64,000 bases of DNA from Octopus sinensis (taxonomy: Eukaryota): the NCBI RefSeq assembly GCF_006345805.1, contig NC_043013.1:6200001-6264000 (forward strand). Direction: 5' to 3'. The notes beneath the pieces are model-generated. The model was not told the origin of the DNA. It saw only the letters and a program-made list of their open reading frames with translations, and ran no database searches. A program made the position numbers and the translations under genes. Position 1 is the first letter of the stretch. Every line of letters begins with the position of its first letter. This document shows, one piece after another, positions 40,369 to 55,143 of the stretch.

Positions 40369-40863
40369 ATGAAAGAATGAGAGAAAGAGAGAAAGAGAGA
40401 ACGAGAAAAAAGAGAATATAAAGAAAAAATGTCTTAGTGATGAAATCTTTAATAAAAAGATACACATTAAAAATACATAAATAAAAAGAAAGACAAATCC
40501 ATAGGAGCACAAAATAAAAAGAAAGTACCTTGAATCAAAGTTCGCCTGGAACAAGAGAATTTTACAAAATCGCAAAGAATTTGGCTTTATGAAAAACAGC
40601 AAGGACTTTTTGAACAAAATAAACGGTTTGATAGCAAGTTAAAGTGATTTTACTAAGAATTAGATAAAAAAGAAATTTTGTGTAGCGCTTACAGCGATGG
40701 TAGTAGATTTTCTTTTTAATGAAAGGAACAAAGAATGAGTAAGGTAACCATGAAAATGTTCAGAATAAGTTCTAGAAAGTTCTGGGAGGGAATATCAATG
40801 TAAGAAGTATCAAGAAGTTGTCCAGACACTAAAAATGTCTCTAAGCAAGTAAGCAAGCAACCA

Positions 40864-40947
<84 letters not shown>

Positions 40948-41249
40948 AAAGAAGCTAGAACAACTAGAAGGGAAAAGGAAGAAATGAAGTGTTACACTTC
41001 TGCTTGAAACATTTAGCTGGTAGTGCCGCAGGCAAAGCTGTATTGTCAAGATGTTCATTTCAAAACCAAGTGGTTTCGGTTTCGATTCCAATCCGCAGCA
41101 CCATGGGCAAGTGCATTTCAACTATATTCCCTTAGGTTTACCAATACCTTGCGTGTGGAATTTCGTAGAAAGAAACTGTGCAGATGATGATGTTGATGAT
41201 ACAATCCGCCTGATACAAGACGACCTCTATGACCAATCAAGGAACTCCA

Positions 41250-43720
41250 CAATCCAAGATCTCTTTTAAGGGCTTGTGTCTTTTCCAGTTGTCGTTTAAA
41301 CATACACTCAGTGTTGCCACCCAATCTTGCCATTTTCGCCACTCCTACAAACGTTTCAATAAAGTCACCCGAAAGCAGTAACACCCTTTTCCGCCTCTCC
41401 TTCCTTTTCGAGTGAAAATTAAAAAAAAAGTTGATGAGACAATTTCAACCACCCACCCACCCGTCGCACTACCTCTTTTGCTATAACCTCCTAACAAGGA
41501 AAAAAATGTCTTTTTTGCCCAGTTAAAAGACGTCGGAGTTATCGCCTCGGATCCATCCCAGACATGACATCAGCTGTCCGACATAATTCCACAAGTCAAT
41601 AATGCCCGGACATCAAATGAGAATAACCAGAACGGTTTCGCCGCTCTGCGAGCATCTCGGACAAGCCCATCTGACGGCAATTCTGTGCCTGTATAATTTG
41701 CCTCGAACTAATAGGGCTCTTCGGTAGAATTGTTGGCCCCAGGATCTCTGGAAATTATCTATGGTAGTCCCCAATCCTTAAGCTCTGCAGGACAGGCTAG
41801 CCAACTCGTTTTCGTCGATGCCCAGTGTTTCCTCGAAGACATTGTCACTTTTCCTGTTACCAATCCTCTATAGATTGCTACAGTGAAACATCCACTGTCG
41901 CTGTTTTGCAGCTGGTAGAGGACTGATCGCTTGACGACATTATAGGTACCACGTAGTCACTTTCGGTCTTTAGTTCACCTAGGGCTTTTATCAGGGAAAC
42001 GAGCTGCGGAAAGACGTGTCTAACTAACGGTGCCCACACCCCTTCACTACATAGGAATCTCTGTCAGTGGCATAGTCTCTGCCTGTGACTGTACATCAGA
42101 AGTGAGAGCATAAGTAACCCGTCATGCAGAGGGTGCTGGCTGCAGATGGAACCCCTCACCATTGGAACGCCTCCCCTTCAACACCAAATGCCCCAATTCG
42201 CTCAAGCGATTATTGGGGGTAATGCACGATTGTCAGGCAGTAAATAATAATGGAGGTAATTTCAGAAACAGTTCCCTCTCAGCCCGTTTCTAAGTAAGGT
42301 AGGCCACCTTGTTTGTCACCTCGTTCCAGTTTTGGTCTACCTGAATGTCAAGACCGAACCAGACCTCAAGCAATTTAACCTGTCGGTCGGCCCAGCGCTC
42401 TATATACCATTCAACGTTATCCGACGCCATCTGGCGGCATGGATCTGTCCCTCTAGCTGTCAAGCTGCAAATACTATCGATTTGTCCAGATGATCTTAGT
42501 CCTTGTAACGTATTCCTTTCGAATGATGCCGACTGCATCATTTCGAGTACCCCCACCCAACTGTAACACCTTCCGCAGCAATAGCACGTATAAAAGACCA
42601 AGCACGTATAAAAGAAGCGAGAGTGAGAAACCTTTGATCGGTCTGAGCATGCGATGCAAAATGGTTCCGAGTAGTGGCCATTTACTTTGACCATCGAGCT
42701 GGTGCCTCTGTGTATTGCAGTGATTCAGCTTCTGAAAACGGATCCAAACCCAACCGATTTCAGGACAGCTGCCAAACAACGATGGCCCATTCTATCAAAA
42801 GCTTTCAACTGCTCAAAATCGATCAGAGCCCAATCGAAGTCAGTTTTGTTCATTACATTCTATATTATAGCATAAGCTGGAGGTTGTCGGGACTACGCAC
42901 ATTTGCGCTTCTCTGACCAGACGGCCGTCGACCATCGCACAACCTTTCGCTAACATATTGGTCAAAATCTTAAAGCTTGTGGCACACTAGAAGCAGTAAT
43001 TTCTGAGACCTGCTAGTTTTGTTACCGCCCCTGCTGCTCTATGTCGTCCTCTTTGCTTTGATTCTCTATTTTCCAGCTTTTCTAAGTTAAGAAGCCCTCA
43101 AGAAGCTCTTCCACATGCATAACAACCGAAAAATTTTCCCTCCACCACGAGTCTTGCTGTTCCTACAATAGGGATACAGATTCAAAACAACCAGTCCATA
43201 TATTACCTCACCAACCCATCCGCAGGGAGATTATATTGCACCAACTCGGCTAGACAGTTCGTTTTGTCTTCGATTTTAAAGACTAGGCACACACTCTCCT
43301 GTCGATGCAAACGCATCGTTTCATACATCCACAGGGTTTTATCTCGTTGTTTATTACGTTCTTTTCTGTGGGCAGAGGAAAACCAGTTCTGTTCTGGACG
43401 AGACAGAAGCATTATTCGTTTCTGTATGTAACCATTTTTTCTGGACAAGAAAGTACTGTGCGTCGTAACATATTTCTTGCAACTTTTATTTCAAGGAGAC
43501 GATCTTTGCTCAGCGATTCCTTTGGTCTGGCAATGTCAGTAAAGCTTTTATTAAAATTTTGGCTTGTCTGTATAGTGATACAAATGTCTTTCATTTAATT
43601 TTTTTCCCTCTTTCTAAAAGTGTCTGTGTTATTGGCATTATCTTTTGTTCTGTTTATCTTTTTGAAAATCTCCGTTAATTCTTCCGAAAGTTTTCGTTTT
43701 TATTCTTTTATCTTAAGGAC
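41250..43720 (-). pseudogene. Degenerate L1/Tx1-clade LINE (RT remnants 41250-43010; probable ORF1 remnant further up)
   Basis: Minus-strand remnants KAFDRMGHRCLAAVLKSVGFG, SSMVKVNGH, LSLLLYVL and VKLLEVWFG...DQNWNEVTNKV. Confidence 0.72.
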
Positions 43721-43929
43721 ATGATAAGTGCTACCCCTATTCTGGCAGTCGCTCCGACCGTTACTCTTGAAGAAAAAAATTTCTGATCAATAGATGTTTA
43801 AACAATTTAAACAACTACAAACATCTAAAACCCTAACATGTCCAAGGACAAATAATACTTTATCAACCGGAGGTAAAGGAAACGGACATTGAACTATTCG
43901 AGAATCTTCTGTTAGCAATCACCAAACAT

Positions 43930-43933
43930 TATT

Positions 43934-44020
<87 letters not shown>

Positions 44021-44252
44021 TAGCTTTATTTTTATAGCATGCTTTCACTTCACTACCGAGCGCAGCTCTGTGTGCCTTGGGTATGTGCTGTGATTTGTTG
44101 TGATGCTCTGATGGTTATTGTATGGAAAGTGTTCTGCGTAGGATGTATGCAGTGCCTAGTAGTGCAATTTTCTCTATGTTATATGTGTTTGTAAGTCCTG
44201 GTGTTTTTGTTATGTATTTGTCTGAATATTTTTTTATCATGCCTAATGCACC

Positions 44253-44338
<86 letters not shown>

Positions 44339-45597
44339 CTATTATTATTATTATTATTATGAAGGCGGCGAACTGGCAGAATTGTAAGTACGTCGGGCAA
44401 AAAAGGTTAATGGTATTTCGCCTGTTTTTACGTTGTGAGTTCAAATTCCGCAGGAGTCGATGTGGTCTTTCATCTTGGGATCGATAAATTAAGTACCAGT
44501 GAAACACGGGGGTCAATGTATTCGACTAGTTCCCTTCCCCGAAAATTTCAGGCCTTGTGTGCCTATATTACAGAGGATTTTTCTTATTCTCTTTTCTTCT
44601 TCTTCTTCTTCTTCTTCTTCTTCTTGCTTCTTCTTATCTTCTTCTTCTTCTTCTTCTTCTTCTTCTTCTTCTTCTTTTCTTCTCTCTTCTTCTTCTCCTT
44701 ATTCTTCTTCTTCTTCTTCTCATTGGCCTTGCACAACTTTTAACGCTGGAGATGTACTACAGTGTCAGCTGTTCACTACCAGTGAACTAAGGTAACATCC
44801 CTTATTTTTCGAGCACCATCCGGAGTATTCGAGCGGTTCCAAGCAGTGCTGTTTTCTGCAAGTGCTCCACCCTTATTGTAACCCCTATTTGTTCCATGTA
44901 TTATTATTATTATTATTAAAGACGTCGCACAGTCTCCAATATCGTGATGTTGTTGATTGAAGGTATTGTGTCTACCGGGGGTTTGTACTGTCTGTCAAGT
45001 CACATCAAGGATCTCAGACAGACAATACTTTACACAATATGCGCGTAGTTCCAAATTCTATCGATTTTTGCAATACGCCTAGATTGTAGGGTATTTCTAG
45101 GTTTTCGGATGTTGTTTCAGATCGGGTGGTATCGAACCCAATACTCCGATGACAATAGGGATAACCTTTACGTTTGACTCTCGTAGCTGCCACATCTTAG
45201 CAATCTCAGTTCTCAGGTCTCCATATTTATCAACCTTTTCTCTTTCTTTCATGATGATATGTTAATCTCCTGGCATTACCCCGTCGATCATTAGGCACTC
45301 TTGTTTGTCCCTCCCAAACGTTACTATATCCGGCCTTCGGTGCTCGTCTGTCTGGAAGTCAGAGTCTCGGGGGATTTTTGCTTTTCCCCTTTCAACCATT
45401 ACCTTTTCTGGTGTATGTTGGTACCAAGCACCCGTTATTTCGTATCCATACTTCCGGCATAGTAGCCAGTGAAGGCTTTGGGCTGGGCTACCTTGCCGTG
45501 TCTGCACTGGTACTCTTTCAGCGCAAGATTTTTACAAGCACTAACAATGTGAGTCACGTTTCGACCTTCTTCCCACATATTATTATTATTATTATTA

Positions 45598-45641
<44 letters not shown>

Positions 45642-46114
45642 CTTCTTTCTTCAAATTTCTCCGTTTCTCGCCGAGTGTTTTCCATACACCTAGGGCAGAG
45701 AAGGGCATTGTATGCATTCCCAGATTACACGCGCAAATTCACAGATAAAATATGTATTTAAAAATTAATAAATAAATAAATTCATGTATGGATGTTATTT
45801 TCACAGCGATAGTGCTCTTCTCAGTACATGAGCCGTTCCAGTTAATACGATTTTTTTCACTTCCTGTAGGGATGGTAAGCCTGGAATCATTTTCAAATAG
45901 GTTTCAGTACCTTTTTTTATTATCATTCCTAGAGATCCTACAATCACTGGTACTGTAGTCGCCTTGAGATGCCACATTTTTTCAATTTCTTTTAGCAGGT
46001 CTTTATATTTACTAATCTTGTCAAATTCTTTCGCCGCTATATTGTGATTACAGGGAATACTCTGTCAATTAATAAACACATCCTTTTTGACATGAGTATT
46101 CCCTGTGATCACAA

Positions 46115-46191
<77 letters not shown>

Positions 46192-46500
46192 TACTATTAT
46201 TATTATTATTGTTTGAAAACTCACAGCTTATTTTCCTGGGTATGATGCAGTACTCGTTAGCCTTGGATGGTAAGCAGCTTAGGAGAAGGAACTCTCTGGG
46301 AAATCAAGGGAGCAAGGGCTCTGCCGCCTTGGCTGACTACCTTGATAGAGATAGTGTCTCAATGAGGTGTGAACGGAACTGGTACCAATGATGAAGGTGC
46401 CGCACTCGGCAGGTGCCCCACTGCGTAGCAGGGTGGGACCGGTCGTAATCCAGCGACTGTTAGCCATGCTACAAGACATAAGTGGAGTAAACAATTTAAT

Positions 46501-46539
<39 letters not shown>

Positions 46540-46561
46540 GTCATCGTCATTATCATTATCC

Positions 46562-46604
<43 letters not shown>

Positions 46605-47180
46605 CATTATTATTATTATTATTATTGAGTGAGAGAGCAGTTCATGCCATCAAAGTGACACTGGGGTAAAATATACGAAGCCCAATATACCCATCATGAC
46701 TACCCGTCTGATAAAGGTACACCAGGCACATGCATCACAACCATATGTGCGCGACATGGTGATCTCATATCAAGATAAACAGCACATGACCTTGCAGGTG
46801 GGGCCCAGTTAGAATTTTCTTCAGGTTGAGTAGCCCATCCCGCTCAAACGGTCCCTGAATAAGGGTTGTTTAAGGATGTTGAAAGAACCCCCCATGTTTC
46901 CAGAGGTGAACTATTCAAACCCCAAAGAATCCCTCTCAACACATGGCTATGATGCTCCCCCACTACTTCTGCTCGTGATCAGAGATGCACATATCGTCAG
47001 CCACTAAGGGACATGCTCAACTGGTTAAGGTCAAACAACTGACAAGCAAATCTGTGGTATTGAGCAGAATATTTGCTGCAGCCCATCTTTTATACCAAGA
47101 CAAAACAATGTACATGATAACACTTCCAATCAGTTAAGATCAGAAGCCATGAGAGTCACTGCCTGGTACTGCATCAGGGC

Positions 47181-47249
<69 letters not shown>

Positions 47250-47320
47250 GTACATGTTAAACTTCCAATGAGATAAGATCTGAAGCCACGAGAGCCACTG
47301 CTTGGTATTGAATCAGATTG
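43930..47320 (-). mobile_element. Stack of R4/Dong-type 3' fragments and other repeats separated by (ATT)n/(CAT)n/(CTT)n tracts
   Basis: Minus-strand motifs GALGMIKK...IALLGTAYILRRTLS (44120-44252), LHWLLCRKYG...RRPDIV...KVDKYGDL (45000-45580) and KISKYKDL...KMWHLK..VPVIVGSLG (45800-46050). Confidence 0.75.
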
Positions 47321-47784
47321 TTATCACATCTCTGAGATAGAATTTAGGTGGGTTTACTCTTAGATAACAAGTCACCACCTGTGACCTCAGCCATCCAAGA
47401 ACTTTCGAGTGATCTTTAGTGTTCTTTACAAGCAAGCCCGTTGCATGTATTCTATGTGCTTCTGCAAACCAATTTGAGCTTTTCCCCCGTCATTCCAAAT
47501 GCTCCAATGACAATTTGTGCGACCTCATTTTTTCTGGAATTCCACAATCTCTCTCTCTCTCATGCTCCCTCTCCCCCCCTCCTCTCTCTCACGCACATTG
47601 ATTCAAGCACATGCACATGAACAAATACACTTATTTCACTACATACAAATGCAAACATACATTTACACACACAAACTCTTATTTAGACTTCTACAAATGC
47701 ATCCGCACATACACACATACAAATACGTGCATATACACAAACACACGCATTCTAATGCATGCACACATACACATACACACACAA

Positions 47785-47817
<33 letters not shown>

Positions 47818-48149
47818 ACACACACGACAGGCTTCTTTTAGTTTCCGTCTACCAAATTCACTCAAAAGACTTTGGTAGGCTCAAAGCTATAGTAGAAGGT
47901 TCCACTCATTGAGATTGAACCCGGAACTCTGTGGTTGGGAAGTAAGCTTCTTTCCACACAACTACGCCTGCGCCTACACACACACACAAACACACGCACA
48001 CACAAATCACACTCAGATGCTTGCTCGCAAGCGCAGCAGTTCGTATGTATATACACGAATGCACAGATTCTCTCACACACATACTAAAATATATACACAC
48101 ACATATACACATACACAGAATATACACACAGATACACACATACACACGC

Positions 48150-48181
<32 letters not shown>

Positions 48182-49117
48182 CACGCGCGCGCACAGTGAG
48201 TCCCATCTTTCTGTCGTTGCATCGTACCACTCGTATGGCGATTTAACACACAACAAAAAATTTCCCAAACCACTTAAGTTCATTTCCCATTTCTGGTTGA
48301 GAATGCTGGCAACTCTCATCTGTTTTGGGGTTTTTATTATTTTTTTTTGTGTTCTCTTTCGTTTTTTAGCTTTAAAGGTAAAATAAATAAATAACAAATA
48401 AAATGTAAAAAAAAAAAAAAAATTCAAAAAATGAAAATAAATAAAAGAGAGAAAGAATAAAGAAATAATAAAAAAAACAAACTCTGCTAATTCATTTTGA
48501 ATTGATAAGGATTGAAACAAAGGAAAATTTGTCGCAGTCCACATTTTAACATCCGATCCCCGAAGTGTTGCTGTAACTCGTAAAAATAAATAAAGAAATC
48601 AATCAATAAATCAATCAATAAATAGATAAATAAATAAATAAATGAACATGGACGGTCATGTGTGCTGTGGTATGTTTTAAAGGGTATTATTGCTCAAAGG
48701 TCACATGTTTTTTCCTCCCCTCGCCGAATGTTTCAAATATGAAATATGAACTAGCGTTTTTTGACGTTTAAGAACAAAGATAATCTACCCCAGGTGGATA
48801 TACACGCATACATTCACCTATGTAATGACACACGCACGCATGCACGGACGCACGCATGTACGTATGCACGTAGAGACACATAAAGACAAACACACATATA
48901 TTATTTGAGTGCGTGCTTGAATATGTGTGTAAATGTGTGTGAGTGTGTGTTTATAAGACATTGTTCGGTTAGGCATTGCAAGACCAATAAACCTGGTGTA
49001 GAACTCAATACAGGTGTGCTTCAGAATGAAGAGTTAGTCGAGTACAGAGCAGCAATAAGGAAATGGGATGGTTAAGGAATAAACGATTATCTTACGAAAT
49101 TTATATTTCCGATCGTG

Positions 49118-49325
<208 letters not shown>

Positions 49326-49423
49326 TATATGGTCGAGTTATTTCTTTCAACGGCGGTGCATCAGCATGGCCGCAGCTCTGAGCTGAAACTAGAAAAAAAA
49401 ATATATCAGATATCGTGTGTGGC

Positions 49424-49457
<34 letters not shown>

Positions 49458-49588
49458 AATTAGAGAAGAACCACCATGTAGCAATTCAATAATGATATAA
49501 TTAAATCATACCATATAGAAAAAAATTAAAGATACGATAAAATATTTACCTAGAACTAAATAAAGTACGAAATAATAAATAATTTCCC

Positions 49589-49627
<39 letters not shown>

Positions 49628-50304
49628 TACGATAACGCGCGCGTGTGTGTATATATATATATATGCTGTCGGTGCGAATGTTTTTTTTACACAGCGCCTC
49701 CTCTAGGTCCTTAACTTGCTGTCTTTCTATTCTGGCCTTATCTAGTCTTAGCTGATGGCTAAACCTAACAGACTCAAAACGAATGCCTCTCTTGAGGACG
49801 AACCACCATCGGTTATAAACCACCGCGCCGGTTGACGCCATCTGTACTAATTTCTTAATCCGCCAGAAAATGTTGTTGACAAAGAACCGGAGAAATTGTA
49901 TTCACCTCAATAGACGTCCTTGATTGGTTGAAATTGCCGAAATGCAAGAAATTAAACAACAACTAGCTTACAAACTACAGAATTTTCTCAAGAAAGCCAA
50001 GAGAAAAAGATGTTTTATGTAACAGATTCTGCCAGCATACGAAGTTTAAAAGTGTTTAGTTACAAAGAAATTACGTTAAAACTCAGCCGGTCAAAGCGAA
50101 AAGATCCGATATTTTTATATCACCCACTCATCTTTCATTTTTTCAAAACGCTCGGAGAGCTTTTCTTTTGGTAGTTCAACGTTTTCAGTAGCCACCGCAG
50201 CAACTGCTGAAAATGTCTTAACTGGCTCTTCCAGTGAACTTTTCTTCGAAATTATTTCGACCGACATATTCGTTCGAAATAAATTTACACACAATTTAAT
50301 CCCA

Positions 50305-50552
50305 GAAAACGGGAAACCTATAATTTTTTCCCCTCTCGACGAGGATAACAGTTCAAATCCCACCCCCGCTGGGGGTGGGGGCGAGACGCAACAACAAAGC
50401 CTACACCGGCCGAAATTAAATTTTTCACGCAATAATAATAAATTGGGTATCTCCAAAAACAGGAGACCTATAATATTTTTTTCCTCTTAATGAGGATAAC
50501 AGTTCAAATCCCACCCACACTGGGGGATGGGCATGACAATAAAGCCTACAAG
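50305..50552. repeat. Tandem duplication with a period of about 150 bp
   Basis: aaacrggaracctataat...gaggataacagttcaaatcccaccc...ctggggg...aaagcctaca occurs at about 50307 and 50457. Confidence 0.8.
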
Positions 50553-51027
50553 GGCTTTAACAAGTTCAATATTTCAACAATTCACAACTGCAAAAATGGC
50601 TTTACACAAATAATTTCTCTCTCCTGTCACCGGGAAAAAGCGCAAAAATTTTCAAAGTTTAACAGTTCGAAAAGTTCAACAATTCCAACAGAAAAAAAAC
50701 ACAATCCAAGGCTCAACAGAACGTTCGACTCAGCGCCAAAAAAAAAAAAACAAAACACGCTCAACAACGAGTCAGGTAAGCAAACTACTAATCACACAGC
50801 TACTCCTGCACCTGTGTTTAAAATTTATTGGTAGTATTTAGTAATATTTTATTGCTTTATAAATTGCATTTCATCTTATAGCTCTACTTTATGTTTTCCT
50901 TCATGTTGCATGCCTCGCCAGCATTCTTCCCATATGCATGTGATATATATACTTACGCATACAATGATATCAAACCAATTTAAAACATGCTATCTTAAAG
51001 ATAGCGTGTTCGCACCACTAGTGTGTG

Positions 51028-51072
<45 letters not shown>

Positions 51073-53637
51073 GTTGTTTCTTTTCTGTTTGGTAGACTTG
51101 TTATTTTTTGTTTTGTTTTGGTTTCAGTTGCCCCTGTGTGTATGCATGTGTGTATGCATGTGTGTGTGTGTGTGTGAGTTTGTGTGTTTGTGCGTGCGCG
51201 CGCTTATTCTGCGTAAGTGAACATGTTTTGCAAATATAATTATGTCTTCACCGTATATAATGACTATAGAAAATTGTCTAATATAAACCCACAGCGGGGA
51301 AAAAATGGGTATCAGAACAAGTGTGAAACGAACCAACACCTCTTTTTTCGCGATAAGTGTGCTATCAATCACACCAACACATCCATGCCCATACATGCAT
51401 GCATGTGTTGGTGTGTGCGCGCGGTTATGAGAGTCCTCTAGTAGTCGATACGACACCACCACTGACAGCACAGCGAAAATAATACTAAAGAGTAGCAATG
51501 AGAGTTACGCAATCTGTAAATTTGAGAAAGCAATCGGCTTCAAGATTTTCCTTATGTAACGGATAATTTATTCGTTGTTAATGAATCGTGAGCAAGATGA
51601 CGTAACTAAATATATAAACAAATTCAGCCGTTTTGGTTCGCTTTACATACATATGTATATTTTGTAAGAGAGATGAACATGGATACACATACATAGACCA
51701 ACATACACACAAATTAATGCTTACTCCAATAAACACGCATACAAATTACGACTAATATTTACACTTTTACTTCTCCCGCCACGCATAATGTTGTGCATAT
51801 AGCTGTGTACTATCTACAGGGTCGTGTATTGTATATACACGCTACATCGCTACAATATTCTCAACATAGCACGGCTTACACAACAGACTCTGATTGCATC
51901 AATAGGCCGATTTCTTAGACAAAGAAACTGATTTAAAGATGTTTCTTTATTTGGCTTTCATTCTTTGAATCTTCAAATTCATTCTTTCATGCCATTCTGC
52001 CAAATTTTATTCAGAAGATTTGTTTTTCTTTTAAAAATCTTACATTTCAATTTATGATTTCAGTCAAATATTTCCCTCTGTGATTTCATTCTCATCGTTT
52101 TTCCCTATGTTTATTTTTCATTTATCAATTTCATCCATTTCCCACTCTTATCTCTCATCTCTTTTTCCATTCTACTATTTTCCTTTCAAACAACGATGAA
52201 ATGACAGAAGCAGACGATAGAGTATCGTACAAAATGGCTTCCAGATTTTGAAACCGTTTTCTTTCTCTTTCATATACATACTCCCTTAGCGCCGGTATTG
52301 TTTGGCACGAACTTCTATGAGGTTGCTCAGTATGCTTATAATAACAGTCAAATCTCCTTTAAATCACATTTTATGTTCTTGAGTTAGGCAAAGACACTTT
52401 ACTTTAAGCTGCCTTGTACACCCGTAAAGAAAGATACGAGTCATTTAGCATTTAGTTGATCAGAGTTTACCCTGGACTAATAACAACAACAGCTTTGGTT
52501 TTCAGATACCAAAGATACCAGTCATATACTGTTAATAGGTACCAGTTATATACTGAGGTTGATTTGCTCGCATATATACACTATTTCTAGAAATATTTGT
52601 TTCCTTTTCTCATTTCATTCTTTTATTTCGTCATTTTCCATCCAAACCGATGGCAAAATTGCAGAAACAGAAGACAAGATCGTCTGACTAAATGTCATCC
52701 GATGTTATTTAACTTCGTCTCTATTTTTCCCAAGTACGAACTCTTTCGACATTTTCAAAGTTCATCCTATCGTACTTGCATTAATCCTCCGACGATCAAT
52801 TGTTTCATTGTTAAGGAATGTTAGTGTTCGAGTGCAAAGATACTTTCATGATGTCTTCCTTCGGGTGTATTATTTTATTTTACTGTACACCAACACTAAG
52901 TGAGATAGATAGTTAGACAGATAGTGAAAGAGATAGAGAGAGAAAGGTAGAAAGAGAGAGAGAACGAAAAACAGATAGACTGACTGAAAGAGAGAGAGAG
53001 AGAGATAGAGAGAGAGAGCAACAGACAGACTAAACACACACACAGAGTTAGATAGATAGAGAACTAGACTGACAAATAAAGAGAAATCTACTTCAGCATT
53101 TTATTTATCGACCTCTGAAAGGATGAAAAATAAAGCCATTCTCGTTGGGATTTGAACTCTGACGGCAAAGAGGCGGAAGCAATATCTCAAACCATTTAAA
53201 CCAGCGCTCTATAACAGCATTATTAATTCGCCGCCTTCTCAAAACTAGTCGAGGATTGATAAAATACAAGTTATATGGTGGTAGTGGTGATGGGTCTCCG
53301 TTATTCGGCGACGAGGATTCGGTTGTTAGATGAACTGAATTACGCGCTCCTGAACATTCTACAGACACGTCTACCACTATAAAGTGTCTTGCTCAAGAAC
53401 ACAACACACAGCCCGACGATCCCTGTTGTACTCTTTCGTCACAACTTTCTCTCACTCTTTCTTCTGTTGGCCTGCTCGCTTAGCCAGCGGGGTGGCGTCA
53501 TTTGAAGGCTAAGACAGTGCGAAGTGCATTGTAACCAGCGATGTGTAGCAACATCTGATAGCCTGGTCGGTCACAATGATTACAGTGGATACACCACACC
53601 ACCCACACACACAATATTATATATATATATATATATA

Positions 53638-53737
53638 NNNNNNNNNNNNNNNNNNNNNNNNNNNNNNNNNNNNNNNNNNNNNNNNNNNNNNNNNNNNNNN
53701 NNNNNNNNNNNNNNNNNNNNNNNNNNNNNNNNNNNNN
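53638..53737. other. Assembly gap (100 N) at the end of a (TA)n run
   Basis: N run. Confidence 0.99.
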
Positions 53738-54229
53738 GATACTTAGCCAAGTTATACGCAGCGGGACTGAACTTGAAGCTACGTGTTCGTGAAGCATTCT
53801 TTAGAACTACACAGCCATCGTGAAATCACCAATCAATTTATAATGACTATATCATAAATATCTTGGCATCAAAGTTTGGCACAAAGCCAGAAATTTCGGA
53901 GGAGGAAGTAAGTCGATTACATCGACCCCAATACTCAAGTGGGTCTTATTTTAGGGATCCCGAAAAGTATAAGTCAACGGTGGAATTTGAAATCAGAACG
54001 TAAAGACAGACGAAATGCCGTTAAGTATTATGCCTGTCGTCTTAACGATTCTGCCAGCCCGCCGTCTTAACTATGTTATAAATATTATGATATATGACAA
54101 ACAATACACAATATGTGATATTATGTGTCACAATGTGATAAACACATCAATAGAATAATAAAATATACACGATGTAAGATATAATTCCATGTACCGCATT
54201 TAATGCACGGGTATAATCTTGTCTACTCT

Positions 54230-54835
54230 AGGCACAAGGAACTACATTTTTGGGAAGGGGGCCAGTCGATTAGATCGACTCCTGTACGCAATTGGTACTT
54301 AATTTATCGACCCCGAAAGGATGAAAGGCACAGTCGACCTCGGCGGAATTTGAACTCAGAACGTAGAGACAGACGAAATATTTATTTCTTTACTATCCAC
54401 AAGGGGCTAAACACAGAGGGGCCAAACAAGGACAGACAAACGGATTAAGTCGATTACATCGACCCCAGTACGTAGCTGGTACTTATTTAATCGACCCCGA
54501 AAAGATTAAAGGCTAAGTCGACCTCGGCGGAATTTGAACTCAGAAAGTAGAGACAGACGAAATACCTATTTCTTTACTACCCACAAGGTATTAAACACAG
54601 GGGGGACAAACAAGGACAGACAAACGGATTAAGTCGATTACATCGACCCCAGTGCGTAACTGGTACTTATTTAATCGACCCCGAAAGGATGAAAGGCAAA
54701 GTCGACCTCGGCAGAATTTGAACTCAGAACGTAGCGGCAGACGAAATACGGCTACGCATTTCGCCCAGCGTGCTACCGATTCTGCCAGCTCGCCGCCTTC
54801 TGCCAGCTCGCCGCCTTCTGCCAGCTCGCCGCTAA
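54230..54835 (-). mobile_element. Head-to-tail trimer of SINE family B with a triplicated 18-bp head
   Basis: Three gtcgacctcggc(g/a)gaatttgaactcagaa units. tctgccagctcgccgc occurs three times at 54781-54832. Confidence 0.85.
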
Positions 54836-55143
54836 CGTTTCTGCCACCACTCTGCCTTAATGCACGGGTATATTAGAAACACAATATCAGAAGTGCATAT
54901 TCAGGGGAAAAGTTTACGGCGCATTAAAGCTTACAGAAAGCTCAACTATATATAGAGGACCCGGGATGATTTTAAAAAACATTATTGTTATAATTTTTGG
55001 GCGGAAGGTGGAGAGCAGTACGTCTTCTTTGCCATCAAATGCATGTAAATCACATTATTTACATTATTTACATTTGACGGACATTTGTTCTCATCGTGTT
55101 TGTTGTTAACACCAAATTTCCGTCAAATGTAAATAATGTAAAT

